Notes under the pieces: generated by a model
The model's input: only the letters and a program-made list of their open reading frames with translations
Database searches by the model: none
Told to the model about the DNA's origin: nothing
DNA from: Phoronis australis
Lineage: Eukaryota > Animalia > Phoronida
DNA length: 64,000 nucleotides
Reading direction: 5' to 3'
NCBI GenBank assembly: GCA_002633005.1
Contig: NMRA01000187.1
Location: 154,191-218,190, forward strand
Shown here: positions 14,201 to 28,802 of the stretch, piece after piece
Numbering within the stretch: the first letter of the stretch is position 1
Layout: each line of letters opens with the position of its first letter
Made by a program: the position numbers and the translations under genes

Positions 14201-17200
14201 CTGGTTTATATCGGTCCCTGGAATATCTTAAAGCATCGGGTCTTTTATAACCGCCGGAAATCTATTAACTTAATTTTCAAATAAACCACTGGCACCCAGA
14301 TGCTTAACCAGGGGCGGATCCGGGATTTTGAGTTAGGGGGGAGGCATGGCAGAATATTAGCCAAGATTTTGCCCGTCAGACATTCACACAAACGAACTGC
14401 CTAATAGAATCTGGGAGAATTTTAGGGGGCCATGGCCCCCTTGTAAATCCGCCACTATTAACAGAGCCAAAAATGACGGTATACGCTTTCGTTTAAGACT
14501 GTCGCTGTTCTCTTTTGTTGCGCAGCCTCGGAGTGGTGCGCACGCGTGTGTTCACGTACTTGAATCACTGGAGTAGCTTTAGGTTGGCAACAACGTGTGA
14601 AAGAAAATCCTATTTCGCGCACGTAATCTCACAAACAAGTAAAGTGTCTAAGAATTTTTTTGGCAACTCAAAAACTACTTTGCTGAAAGTAAAGCCTTGG
14701 CCGTCGTTTAGTGATTAATGGGGTTGCTCACTTTTGTTGTCTTATACGCCCATTTCTAAGTCACGATTGTCTGCTGGGACGGCGTGTGCGCTAACAACGG
14801 GACCGACCAGTGCCGCAGTGCGAAATCAGGGATATAGTCGTGTGGATATTTGGTACTGACATCTTATGCGAAAACGTGTTTTTCCACCACAAACTTAATT
14901 AAGTTGATCGCTTAAAAATTAATAGAAACACCGCTGTTTTGTGACGTTTCATCACTTGTTATGCCGTGTCCCGAAAGTTTCTTCGACGATTCCGGAAATT
15001 TGCAAAAGTACTCGAAAATGGTAGCCAATGAAATGCGTTAATGATCGATTATCCCATGTTCACGCGACATGCTACAAGTTATCGGGAGGGCTGTTCTCGG
15101 TTAGTGTTCTTTTGAACTTGATTTGGCAACAACCATTACAGTTGGATTCACAAGAGTTGCTTTATATTTGCCAGGTGTCTGCCGAGAAGTGTAAAAACTC
15201 AGCTCGCTTACGTCGCATATTCTAGGTCGCATTTTGCGACTTGATACGAGCTCAAAAAATCTCAGCTCGCGTTTCCGGGCCAAATTTCAGGTCGCAAATG
15301 CGACTTGCAGCTCGTTATGTTGAGCCCTGGTCAAAATAAGACGCCGAAGAAGTACCCTTCTCAAAACGACAATGACCGTCACAGCTTAATTTTGTGTCTT
15401 TTCTCATAAAGAACAATTGATAAGTTATATGCTGCGTGCAGATTTCCTAAACTAGATCGTAAAAAATGGGACTTGTAATGTGCGCAAAACTAAAAGCAAA
15501 CAAGCAAAAATCATGACGATAGCGATATAACAAATCCACGACACCACACTCCTCCATTCTCGATTAAACTATTTCAATTGCATTCAGTGTGGCCCTGGAA
15601 TTATCACAGAAAGTGATAAATGTTCTTCCTGATTATCAAAGGAGTTCGTAGTTAACCGCCAACTCAGGGATTAACCCCCTCTAGAACGATTAAAAGACGT
15701 TTTAGTTAATTAATAAACACGCTTCAATTCTTATGACAGTCAGACACATCTTTCAATGTACTTTGAAATATTGTGCGTCCGTGGTTACCTGGGCGACGCT
15801 GCCAGGTGTTCGTGATCTCTCGTCTCCTGACGCACCTTAACCGCACAAGGCATGTTACGTAAAACTTATTGTATACACACCTTATGAACAATTGTTCTAA
15901 ATGTCGGTCGGTCGTCATCTTCTTGATCGTATTGATTTGTAACTTAAATGTTGTAATGACGCTCTATTCTCGTAAATTTTCTGGTAAAAAGTAGAGTCCA
16001 AAACTTGAAAAATTTCCCAAAGCATGCCAGCTCTTTTTTAATTTCATAACGTCTTGCAGTGTTACTCTAATTACGTCATCATTAGAGGTTACAATGATAG
16101 TAAGTCATGCTCATAAATGATGTCATCCTTAAGGTGATTCAGTTGCGCGTGTCGAAGTTGGCAGTCACGTGCTTTGCGGTTATTTATCGACGGTTTTCAT
16201 TCTGCAAGCTCTCTTCCAGTATGCGTAACACCCAGATCCATTCCTAAACCTATTTGCTTCTTTGCACATTTCGGACTTTTCACGAAAATTTCATTAAACT
16301 CCTCTTCGATGATTAGCCGACAGATTCGCATGGAAGCAAAAACCAGAGTAAGGCTTTTGTCCACGCCTGTATACACAGTGGGCTTGATACTGACAGTTAC
16401 CAGAGTAAGGCTTTTGTCCACGCCTGTATACACAGTGGACTTGATACTGACAGTTACAAGAATAACTTCGAACGATGGCCGTACTTGTACATTTTAGTCT
16501 TTGCAACTATTACATAAGTTGCTGTTTATTCAGGCATAAATTCAAATCTTTCTGTGGCAATTCTTAAGCTTGGCGGAACGTCCGAGATGCTATTCAAACG
16601 TGACGTCTCAGTGGCGCCACCAGACGTCAATTGTGATGCTAGCAAATTCCGTGGAGCCCTTTGCAACCCCGAATCCAGCCAGAGACTTACTCTTGTAGTC
16701 ATCATCATCACCCCCATCTAGTGGTGTTAATATCACCCACGTCTAGGATGGAAACACATTATAGTCTTAAGGCGAAAACTTGTGCCGTACTTCCAAATGT
16801 CACTGAGTAAAATTTAACTTATTAACTTCTACGCTAAGTTCTGACCGGGGCATGTAATTCAGAGTCACACCTATGGGGTGATATTATTAAAATTGCCCCT
16901 AAAATTCGCTAGAATGAGCTTAAATTTCACGAATAAACGAGAAAACAACAGACCAATGCATGATGCGCTTATATTGTCGGAATGTCTTCTGATTATGTGG
17001 ATATCCAGGTGTAGAACTTTACTCGAAATGTTAAATACACCACTTCCGGGAACGCAACGCCATCTAGACGTGAAGAACTAACATACATGTACGTATTGTA
17101 AGATGTATTTATAGTTCAGCATTTATTGATGAAAAATCGTGAACTACGAGTACACAATGAGGTTGAAATTTGATGCTGCGCAGCTGCAAAATGTATTTTT

Positions 17201-20200
17201 CTTGGGTTTCGTTAAATAATTGTCTCACACAAGCTAAACCTTAATGAAAAGGACACGTGACATCTCGCACTTATCTGTATACATTCTTCGCCATCATTTT
17301 GGGAAATTACAAAGAAGTATTTCCATGAAGCACACAAAAATGCAACGTCAGGCAATATTCGTGAATGGAAATTATTACCTCATTCATTTGTTGGAATTAG
17401 ACCCATCTTGAAATGGAACCGAACGAAAATGGTTTTCCCACGCTCTACGTTAAAGACAGTGTTTTCTATATTTGGTATCACGCAAACCACCATGTATGTG
17501 AGACTTGATGAGCATCAGGAATATCACACTATCTGCATACAGTGTGAAGTCTGACTGTACTGTCAGTAATACAGGATAAACTAAATATATTCTTCAAAGA
17601 AGGGTCGCATAGGCAAATTGTTGCTGAAAACAATTTTTGTTCCAGTCAAAATGAATTAAATATCTCTCACAAGAACTAATGTCTCTTTCATGAAGACATT
17701 CCAGAAACCAACCTATTCTAGCATTTATTGATTGTCGCGTCACCTCAAGGCTCCGGGTGAAGACCGGTCATAAGTTACCAGTCATTTACTTGTGAAGACC
17801 AGTCGTAAATTACCAGTCATTTATTGGTGAAGACCAGTCGTAAATTACCAGTCATTTCCTTGTGAAGACGACACTTTGTTCGTTTGTTCTCTTTGAGCCA
17901 CCATCTTACATAAATGCTTGGACTGTTGTACAAAATAACTCTGTTGATGCCATGAGTTGTGAGGTCGTGAGCCCTTCGTTGTGTGCATCTTGTCAGGGAT
18001 CGTCAAGTGGGATAGGTTAAACTGACCGGTTGATATTATGCACTGACGTCGTCCAGTTGATATCATGCACTGACATCATCCTGTTCACATCATATACTGA
18101 CGTCGTCCAGTTGATCATGCACTGACGTCATTCAGTTGATTTCATGCACTGGCGTCATCCTTTACGTTCCTGTTTAGCAACGTCAAACTTTGGCAGACTG
18201 GGTGCAAAAATATAAAGCAGTTAACACTGTGCAGGTATTTTATTTAAAAGCCCAGAATTACAATATTATTGTAAGTTAATGTGTGATCGATTTCTAAAGT
18301 GCTTGCTTACATTTGTGACAGATGTCATATTTTGATATAATGCAGCGCGTTCTTTTTGTATCAATCAATCAAATTTCGCACTCAAAACCACCTGCCATAT
18401 CAAACATTGATAGACAGAGAAGTCTCTGACAGTCGTACGGGCATTGCTTGATCCAGTTATATATACGGCTCGACACTTTGTCAGACCATTCAGACACGAT
18501 GCCTGTGTGCTCAATAAATTGCAAAGCATCACAAAACAGTCTGTTTCCTCTATAGGTGACGTAGTACAGGTGGGCGATAGGGTCTAACCCTTGGCTTGTC
18601 CATCAGCACTAGATTTGATCTGGTAATGTTTTTGAATAATGAGTTTTGCTTTATCCAATGTCGCACTGGTTAAAACTTATGAAGATTTTTCTACGATTTG
18701 TGATTTCCAACTGCTAGTATTTTTCAACAACCCCATGTTTACTTGGTCCACTAGTGCTGCTTGGACAACTTATCAATCGATTGTTATCGCCGGGAGGCGG
18801 CGTTAAATTTTGATTGGCACTATACTGAAAACCAGAAAGGTCAACAACTTTAGATTTACCTGTCAATAAACTAAATTCCTTTTTGATGTTCTGTTGCTTT
18901 TAAGACAAACTCATACCAACACAATCTGCTTGGCCATCTGTTAATAATCGCCACGTCACAGCTTACGGTCAAGGTCATCATTTTGACCAGATGATTTGTA
19001 ATTTGTATATATTTAAGTCAAAAAATAAAAGGGAGATCAATTATAGTTAGGACAGTGACACAATATATTATTGGCACTAAACTGTTTCCATACGTTGTTT
19101 ACTAATTACATTATCAATCAAAAATATATCGGTTGAGTAGCTCCACTGGCCTGTATACCTACGCCACCTGCAAGCGTTATGCTGCCTGCCCTGTGGTAAT
19201 CTGAGAAACGATTGAGTTTTTTGTGTGAAAGTTTTCTTAACGTCGGCACTACTGGTTTCCGTTGGCCTTCTAATGGTTCAGCAATGGCGCATGCATATGT
19301 GACGCTGGTGTATAGTCATTATCTTCTACTACTGCAGGCACTGAGTAGGGTGACATCGGCACCCACTTGCAAATTACCCAATCTCCTCCGCATTGTTGAA
19401 CGAATAAACCGTTCGTTTAGCCGGTGTCACTGCGCATGTGTAGACGTTCTTTGCTCTATCTCCCACATGGACAACGTTAGAAAAGGCAACTTCTGTCAAG
19501 GAACAAAAACATTTTTTCTGAAAGCAAAATCAGCTTCCGCTTAAAAACACGCTGGGGACTGCACATAAATGATGGTGTTCTGCACTGACAAAAGTGGCGC
19601 AAATGATCCCAGCAAACATACTAGTACATGTATACACTGGTGACCTAAAGTCGTGAAAATAAGCATAATAAGAAGTTGATTGTCATACTACCCAATATCC
19701 GTTAGCAACTGCTCATGTGATGTCATGGACATATATCAGCCTTCACAAATATACGTGTTTTGACAATCTTAATCCTTGTTTGTATCCGTAAGCAGAGTTT
19801 TAAAACGGTCGCTGATATTGCCGGCCATTTTGAATGAGGCCCTGAAGTCGTGAACGTTTCGTTTCATAGGCGGATTTAGGGGGGGGGGGCCNGCAAAAAA
19901 AATAAAACAGTAAGAGCGTAGGGAAATGGTGAGTATATTAATAAACCCCGGTAATTAAAATTATACGGTTGAAAAGAAGATTTAAATGTGTGCAGTTTTA
20001 GTGTTGGGGGGGCTCAAACCCAATTTCAAGTGTCAAATTCGGAACACGGCGCATTCGTAACGGAGCTATGGCTAAGTATAGGCTCTCCCGCGATATCCCA
20101 GGCGACCGGCAGTGGCGCACTACGACTCCGTTTTCGTCGTCTGCTCCACTGTGCAATGAAGAAAATTTACTTCATTTTTTAAAGAGAATGGAACCTGAGT

Positions 20201-23200
20201 GACGATGAAAAAACAGAAGCTGCTGGTAAGATGTGAGTTTTAATCGAAGCCTTAGTGAATCACTCAGAAACTCGCAATACTCTCTTTGTCAAACCTTATC
20301 TTAAGACGATTTCCAAAGCAATCCCGTCATTATTGCCAACACGAAAAACGGATTTGGTCTTTTGGGCATTTGAAGACTATTTTAAATACNNNNNNNNNNN
20401 NNNNNNNNNNNNNNNNNNNNNNNNNNNNNNNNNNNNNNNNNNNNNNNNNNNNNNNNNNNNNNNNNNNNNNNNNNNNNNNNNNNNNNNNNNNNNNNNNNNN
20501 NNNNNNNNNNNNNNNNNNNNNNNNNNNNNNNNNNNNNNNNNNNNNNNNNNNNNNNNNNNNNNNNNNNNCCCCCCTCCCGACCTCCCCCCATTCGGTGCTA
20601 TGCGCATCTACAATCGTGGTTTAGTTTGCACAAATGCTTACAGCCGGACAAAATGTTGGCCCCCCCCCTTGTGATATCCTAGATCCGCCACTGCGTTTAG
20701 ACGGAAATTCACGAAGTATGACCACACAAGTCAACTACAGTGCTTACAGTTACTCTAGATGGTATAAAAATGCAGTGCATTGTTTATTAATTCGGTTTCA
20801 ATTGAAATAAATTGTTAATATGGTTTGCACCCAACTTTGATGTGCACAAACGTTTTCAGTGAGGTTGTTCACGTAAAACGCTAAGAACCCAGCATCAACT
20901 ATCTCTCTGTATTTTATTGCTTTGGCCTTACAAAACTTGATCGACCCTGGGACATTTTGAGACATTGTTCAAGCTACCCCTGGAGCGCGTGTTTGAGTAA
21001 ATCTGAACGATAAATATTTTTGAAAATATATCCCAAAAATGCACAAAAAATGAATTAGTGAAATATGCTGTTTTTAAGATACATTTCAAAAAAGAAGTCA
21101 CTCACTCTTTGTTTGTTATCATATTGTGAATACGAAAACGTCCGGGTATTCGTAAGCAGAAACTTCAACGCCAGATGTCGCAGGACCGCGCAGAAGAGGA
21201 AATAAGATCGTTCACGACTTCAGGAGCCCTCACGACTTTAGGACCTCTGACGGTATAACAAGGGGAACTGGTGGGTTCCTTCGCCTTGTTTCAAAACTTG
21301 CACTTTGTCTCTTGAAAAACACAAAATCAAATCAAAACGAGACTCACACCGCAATAAGCCATGGTAGTTATGACCAAGGGTTATTAGGGCACGGGTTGTC
21401 ATTTTGAGTAAAACGTGATGTTTATCCCGCGATAATCGCAACACATGCCCCATCTGTCGGGGTCACGTGTCATGTATATCTACAGTACCTTCATTCTTCG
21501 GCAAATGTTCTTGTAAAAAAGGTTTGTCAACATTTCCTCTTCGTTTTGTATTCACACTGAGTCTGCTGTCCATCATTTGAACAAAAAGTCGGCTGTCATA
21601 ATCATTTTAACACTATGAATCCATTGTGACAATATTGTCAGTGAATCAAAGTTCTATTAACCCTTGGACGAAACCTATATGTTTGGTAAATGAGTAAACG
21701 TGTGCACAGTTCAAATACACATTAAATCAGTCTTCTCTTTATTTCACTCACTGTATGTCAGACGTTGACTGTGCATTTTGTTTAAAAGGTAGCTATACTT
21801 TGAGATTGTGCGTGGATGGAGAGAGAATGATTTAATCTAGCTAATAATTTGTTACATGATGGTCACTAATACAAGTGAAATCCGATGTTAATTAAGTACA
21901 CTACAATGAAGAAGAGTAACTAATTAGCGCCATCTGTAGGAATAACTTCAAATAATTAACCAAAAATAATCAAACGTCTTATCTGCTATCCAAGCTGCAG
22001 GACTCTATCGTTAGATTACAGTCCTGTTGGTCGATCTTCGAACTATCGAGACGCTGTATTACGAAAGTGTACTTGCTGGTCCCAGTCTCGCGTGACACGT
22101 GTTGTTGGCTGAATTTTCTACCCACAATCCTCTTGCTGGCCACAGGCTCACGTGACACAAACCTTTGCAGACAATATCTTCTACCCACCCTTGCTAGTCA
22201 CAGTCTCTCGTGACGCAACACTCGTAGGCAATATCTTACTACCCACGATGCCAAATGACAAGCACACAGTTAACTTTCTGTTCGTGAACCCTTGATCTTG
22301 CCAAGATCTTCTTAACGGAATATTATACTAGATGCAGTCTAGCTGTTGTACAAATTGTTCTGTACACTGTAGCAAGTCCTATTACTTCACCTGCTGAATT
22401 TCATCTGAGTATTGTCTAGACGTTTGCCCAAATCATAATAAAACACTCACTTAAAGCTTGGTTAATAAAAACCACATGATCTTATCTAATCATACCATTG
22501 GCTGTTACGATCTGATCTTAGAAATTTCTAGAACGTTTTGACTCCATAATCAAACTGATAAACATCCTCAAAAATAGATGTTGACGTCAAAAATACATGG
22601 GAATAAGTTTGACGTTATGGTTTAAAATGTACATACATATGTAAGAGTATGCACAAATTTTTGGAACTATCTGTACTAATTACTTAATTACCCAATATTT
22701 ATTCTGACACTGTACTTCAGCCTACAAAAATCTCAGACGTTCACTTATAGAAACATTGTGGTTGTGACTAGTCACTGCACTGTTGCTGACACCACGCGGG
22801 GCTTCTCAGTACTAACACTGTAGACTTCTTTATTACGAGCTACTGAGGCAGATAATGTAGAAACACGTCGGGCGTAAAGATATTGCTCTTGAGAAAGTAG
22901 GCCGGCTCCGACATCTGCGCGTCTCACTCTCTTTATTTTCAATATCTGTGTTCAACTGTATCGTGTCATGTTTGCGTGGTCACTGTGAGGTCCTACCTTG
23001 TTCTCTCACCTCCATCACTGTTGATCACTACCTTGTTCTCTTACCTCCATCACTGTTGATCACAATAGGACCCTGGACTTGTGAACACTGCGTGAGGCGT
23101 GAAAAACAGCTCCACTATTGTGCCCTCTTGTGTGAAGCAATAAGTTCAATTCATAGGTGTCTACGTAACGTTTTCAATACTGGAGGTGCTTGAACCTGAA

Positions 23201-26200
23201 ATTGTGATCATTAGTTGTGATTTACTATATATAGATTATGACATGGCGAAGTCGTTATCCCCCATTATCTATAGCCCGAGTGGAATTTGGAGAATTATCG
23301 CCCGAGGGGCGTTAGCCCCGAGGGTGATAATTCTTATACTAAAAAACAATTGAAAATTTAAACAAAATAGAAATAAGGTGAATCTATAAATTAAGATTTA
23401 GCAACTATTATAGCTTACTACACATTTTATCACGCTAAGCTTCGACCGGGAAAATATCGTCTGCTAAACTAGGTTACCACTAGTAACTGAGTATGGTGCT
23501 CAAGTCAAAGGATCCCGACAACACGATACCCGCATTCAAATTGGAGATCGGTGATTTACAAGTGAGAGAACACGAGAGAAAAAAATTCACTGAATTGAAA
23601 TCTCGTTTTTATGGAAATTATGCGTCGTATTTTTCATAGCGTATAAATGTCGGTGCAATGCCCTTTGCTGATCAAAGTCTAGTAGATTTGCGTAATCAAC
23701 ATTTTGATCGCATTAGGATATACGTGTACATTGGCAAAAACGAAACGGATACACAATGTGTTGACGTAGAGTTGTTTTGGAAATCTATTTAGAAAATAAC
23801 ACGCAGCCGAGTGGACTGAGGAAGTCTAAGCGAGTGAGTGCCGGTATAAAATGCACCACACAAGTAATCGGGGCCTGTTAGTTGTGAAATTTGTCGTTCA
23901 GCCTGAAATTAAAAAACTCAAAGTCAGCAGAAATATATTGCTCTGATGAAAAAGGGAAGTTTGCGTTTGCAATGCCGTGCCTGCGATAGTTTTAGTTACC
24001 TATACATGTACAGGCGGCCTTTGACACCATGAGCCCCTGGATGCCTGGCCACGGTTGTATAACATTACACTGGATAACAACAGTCATGTAAATTAAATAT
24101 TATCAAACATCATGTTCTTTTTTGAAAAATGTAAATCGACAATTACAACGATCCAGCGAATAAGTAACTTTAAAGTGTTTGTCCTTCCCGAGGTTCGACG
24201 TCTAATCTTTACACGAAAATGAACTCATAAAAGTGCGAACATTAATAAATAAATGTCTATTAGCCTGTGTGTATACATATGCGGCACCTGGTGACTGAAA
24301 TCTCGCCTCAATATCTGCATGTATTTATTTGCGATGCACTCATATTCTGTACTACACGACAGCTTTTTACAAGAATCCTGCATTCACTTGCACGCATTGG
24401 ACGTCTCATGTAGTCTGCAAACATATACGCAGTAACAAGCAACGTGTTCTACTTTGTGTGCCAACAGATCATACTCTTGAGAACTTTGCCTACTATGAAG
24501 TTAATAATGGCTTTATTTCAGCATTATAATTTGTTTAATGTTGGACAACTACAAAGTCACGTAATTAAACCAGAAGAGTGACTCGATTATTTACACCTGT
24601 CCCTAACGATATGATTCACAGTGGGAATCAGCTCGTTCATATTGGCGTTGCTCCCCGGTGGGTGTTCGCACAAGGGGACATTCCCTTAGTATTTGCTGAA
24701 ATGAGTTTTCTTGGTCAAAACTTATTTCATTTTTCCATTAGCTCTCATGTTCATCGCAATGTGCCTCTCATGTTCATCGCAATGTGCCTCTCATATTCAT
24801 CGCAATGTGCCTCCCATGTTCATCGCAATGTGCCTCTCATGTTCATCGCAATGTGCCTCTCATGTTCATCGCAATGTGCCTCGCAAGTCCATCGCAATGT
24901 GCCTCTCATGTTCATCGCAATGTTCCTCTCATGTTCATCGCAATGTTCCTCTGATGTTCACTGCAGTGTGCCTCTCATGTCCATCGCAATGTTCCTCTCA
25001 TGTTCATCGCAATGTGCCTCTCATGTTCATCGCAATGTTCCTCTCATGTTCATTGCAATGTTCCTCTCATGTTCATCGCAATGTTCCTCTCATGTTCATC
25101 GCAATGTTCCTCTCATGTTCATCGCAATGTTCCCTTGGTTAACTCACACTTCACCCCCATCCTCTCCCTGCGCCTTCCCTTTGGTGAATACATTTGGCTG
25201 AGACATAGTAATAATTAACAAATGATGTATAAATATATTTACACTTAACCTCATGTAATGACATAACACATTGTTTAAGAATATTTTGAGAGTAATTTTA
25301 AACGCAGACCCGTAGCTAGCATTGCGTGTAGGGTGGTTCGGATTTCTAGAACGGTGGTTCTTTTGATCATATTTCGCAACCGTCGACCATTTTCTCAGTT
25401 GCACCCCGGCTTACGCAGCTAAACCCGACAGAATGGAAATCCGTATGCACTCTTGGCGGCTACAGTTTCGTGAGATAAGACGGAATTCCTGGGGCTAATC
25501 CCAGGAATGAGGATGCCATGACAGTTACTCGCAAAAACGGGACCCAATTTCGGATGTAGGCCTATATATTACGGTCCACCAAATTATCTTTCCAGTTTAC
25601 TGAACGTTATCCTCTGCCGAGTTAAACTTGCGAACCATGCCTACTTTTAACATGGAGTGATTATACTCCATCAAATCGTCAGTCGGAAACATTTAGTCAA
25701 AAATGACTTCTAGAAATTTTTGTCGGGTTACATAATTAATTGTCCTAAATTTAAAGCTGCCCATAAGTCGCCGCAACCCAGATATTGTCGCTGTTTGAAA
25801 ATGAGTCGTTTTAGATTCAAACAATCGCGATTGTGCGTTATTGTAACTGAAGTCATTTGCAATCAATGTTTTAAGAACTATTCAACTAAGTTTGCACTCT
25901 CTTTAAATGGTTAAAAGTGTTCCTAATTCATCGTTGTTTTCTGTGATGATAGTAATAACGATAAAAGTTAATTACTAGAAGACTACAAGTTAGATAAGCA
26001 CAACATTTCAGCCGGCAGCGCAGGCCCTTGATCACGTGACTGATATTCCCGCTGCTGTTGAACCGGAAGTCACACTTTCTGTTAGTAAATGAGAGAAAGT
26101 TGTAGTCCCTGGTCAGGGTTAAGTGACGGGTTGCACTGTTTGATGTAACTGGCCTCTTTGATCTTGCGGGAGTGACAATGTTCGTCCCTGGACAGACCGC

Positions 26201-28715
26201 TACTGTTGTAGATATTGATAGTTTGGCCAGCAGGGCTGTAGTGGTAAAATTAGAGGTAAGTAGGCGTCCAAAGCCCACCGTATTACCTTGTGCACTGAGC
26301 GTAACTTACGGTGCGTAGGCCCTACGTTCAAATGCCAAAAGGTGGTTGGCTGCGCCTACGTGAGCCTACGCCCTTCTACAGCACTGGTGGCCAGATGGTC
26401 ACCGATAGCAGTGGGTTTATCCAGTTTTTGTGTTCAGCAGAGTGCCGTGAGCACGTTTGGTCTCACGGATATACATGTACGGTACATGTATATGTGTGAA
26501 GGATCCTGATCACACACCAGCTATCTTGTACGCAAACACATGACCACTTAGCAAAGTTAGCCGCGTACGGCCCAAGTGATCACATGAAGCTCTTTGATTT
26601 AGAACCACATTTGAAATTATTACCAACTTGATTATTATAGTAGTGAATAGTACCAATAGTAACTACAATTTTGTTGATACTGTTGTTCATCTATATCCTA
26701 TGCATAACGGATATTTTGTGGCTAGACCGATCGAATCTCCTCCCCCCCCCCGAATCACCTAGCTACTCCCCGAATCACCTAGCTACTGTTAATCTGGTGA
26801 AGTTAAATGGTCCCAATATAATTTATATTGTACTGGAATCCCTGCTGAAGATTAAAACTATCGTCTCAGTCTTTGAAACCGGAGCCCCCGTCGAAGCAAC
26901 CGGGTCATGTCTAGTGTAGGAGAAAGAAGTGCAAGGGCAGAGTGACGTACAGTGTGAGATGGCGCCGCAGGACACTGACGTTTACCGGCCACGTTTCGAC
27001 AGTGTATGGTGATTATACGCATACAAAACCATTGGTACATCTATAGTAGTCACTACCCAGTAACCCTATTTTCATTTAATAATATATAAACACATGCATA
27101 TTAAATCCTAGAGCAATTAGCGATTAATTCAATGGAGTGACTGGTTCATCAAAAACACATTAACTCTAATATTGTTTAATTGCAACTAAACCTGATTCGA
27201 TCCTATCATGAAAGGTTTCATTCCATATTGCCACTAGGCCTACACGCCTGACGATACAGTACGCAGTGACACAAATTATCAACTGGTGACGTACAAGTAC
27301 ATGGGCGGTCTTGGTGTTTTTGTAGCCCCTTTGTGCCAATGATTTTGTGGATAGAGGGCGTACACGATTCAAAAAGTTGTCGTATTGATAACAGACGACA
27401 AGTTTATCTCATAGGAGAGATTTCCCATAATCCATTTGTTGACTTCTGTGGAACAAGAGACGTGAGAGTTACCACAATGACCAGCCGGCATGTTTGTTTG
27501 GGATTTTTTAGTCTAAAAGTTATGAAGAGCCCTAGAATAATCATGGGCCCCCTAAGGTGCCCCGCCCATGATAATCGCCATGTTTGGCGTACTTAGGAAG
27601 CTCTAATCTGAGAAATGGTGGGTTGGATTTATAGGAAAGTTACATTATGATATAGGCACTGTTCAACAAAACGTTTCCATGGATTTGCTTTAAAATGTTC
27701 CACTTTTGCATTATGAGAGTTCAAAAGACTCAAAAGTTCCATCGAGCGAAAACGAAATTTGTAGCAGTATATGATAAATTTCATCTTAATTCGATTATAT
27801 TATTGGTCCCAATGATTGGAAATAAATAAACATGTACGATAAGGTATCTAAATAACGACAGACTGGGAATATGAATATACATGTACATGTACGATTCACA
27901 GACAACCATCAACGATGAACAATCACCGATGAAAAACCATCACTGAACCATCATGCACTGTAGCTGGATAATCACTGATGAAGAATCATCGATGAACAAT
28001 CACCGATTGATACTCATCGATTTACAGTTAAACGTTGGGCGTATGACGATTCCCATTAGTAACTGATTTTAAATTAATACATAGAAAAAGTTGTTCATTG
28101 TGTTATTGACACGGCTCCTGTTTCAAACTTGTGTCATACCGCGCAACAGAGTCTAGAATCAGTCGGATATGAGCTTTCACTATGATACTTTCGCCTTGAT
28201 TACGAGCCTCAAATGGAGTAACTGCGGGAAATATAGCGAGGATTTTACGTAACGACCAAAGCATACAATGGACACGTTATTTCTAGTTCTTTTCTTTTCA
28301 TTGTTACGCCTCTTTGATCATATTTCGCTGAAACTGTTTTTATATGGAGCTGAAATGTCAAACTGGGAACTGGATAGGAAGATTAGCTTTCGCATACAGC
28401 GATACATCAACGATACCAAACCTTTACGCCCATGCGTAGATTAGGCCACACCAGCCCTTCAAGCAAAGCTTCAGAATTCACGATCCAAACACGTGATCTC
28501 CTCCAGTAGGCTAGTTCATAGCATGAATGAATGTGGTAGTGAAATTCATCCACACAATTTGGTTTCATTCAGCACTTCTTACCTCCCTACTGCTTTCTTC
28601 CCTTCGTGTCATTACGTCACCTATAAGAAAGTGTTTGATACTAAATACATAGGATCTACTTGTTTAAGTTTTAATTCTCATTAGATTCGTCTCAAATATA
28701 TATATATATATACAT

Positions 28716-28802
<87 letters not shown>

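Noticed and set aside
21900-22560. Possible LTR-retrotransposon leader/LTR fragment with degenerate repeats of about 53 bp; similar impression at 2170-2800
   Set aside because: Termini, PBS and TSD could not be defined, so it is not supportable without a repeat library.
22829-22880. Minimal hammerhead-ribozyme-like motif (CTGAGGC...GAAACACGTC with TTACG/CGTAA flanks)
   Set aside because: The core is CTGAGGC rather than CTGANGA and stem II does not pair. At best a dead Penelope-type relic.
2881-25132. Regular short repeats (28, 22, 23 and 33 bp) as possible CRISPR arrays
   Set aside because: Units are head-to-tail with no unique spacers, there are no cas genes and the context is eukaryotic; they are minisatellites.
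24578-25218. Long Cys/His/Met-rich ORFs, and similar ORFs at 3868-4355, 8968-9343, 54406-54659 and 60217-60695
   Set aside because: Translations of tandem repeats that are open in several frames, with no splice support.
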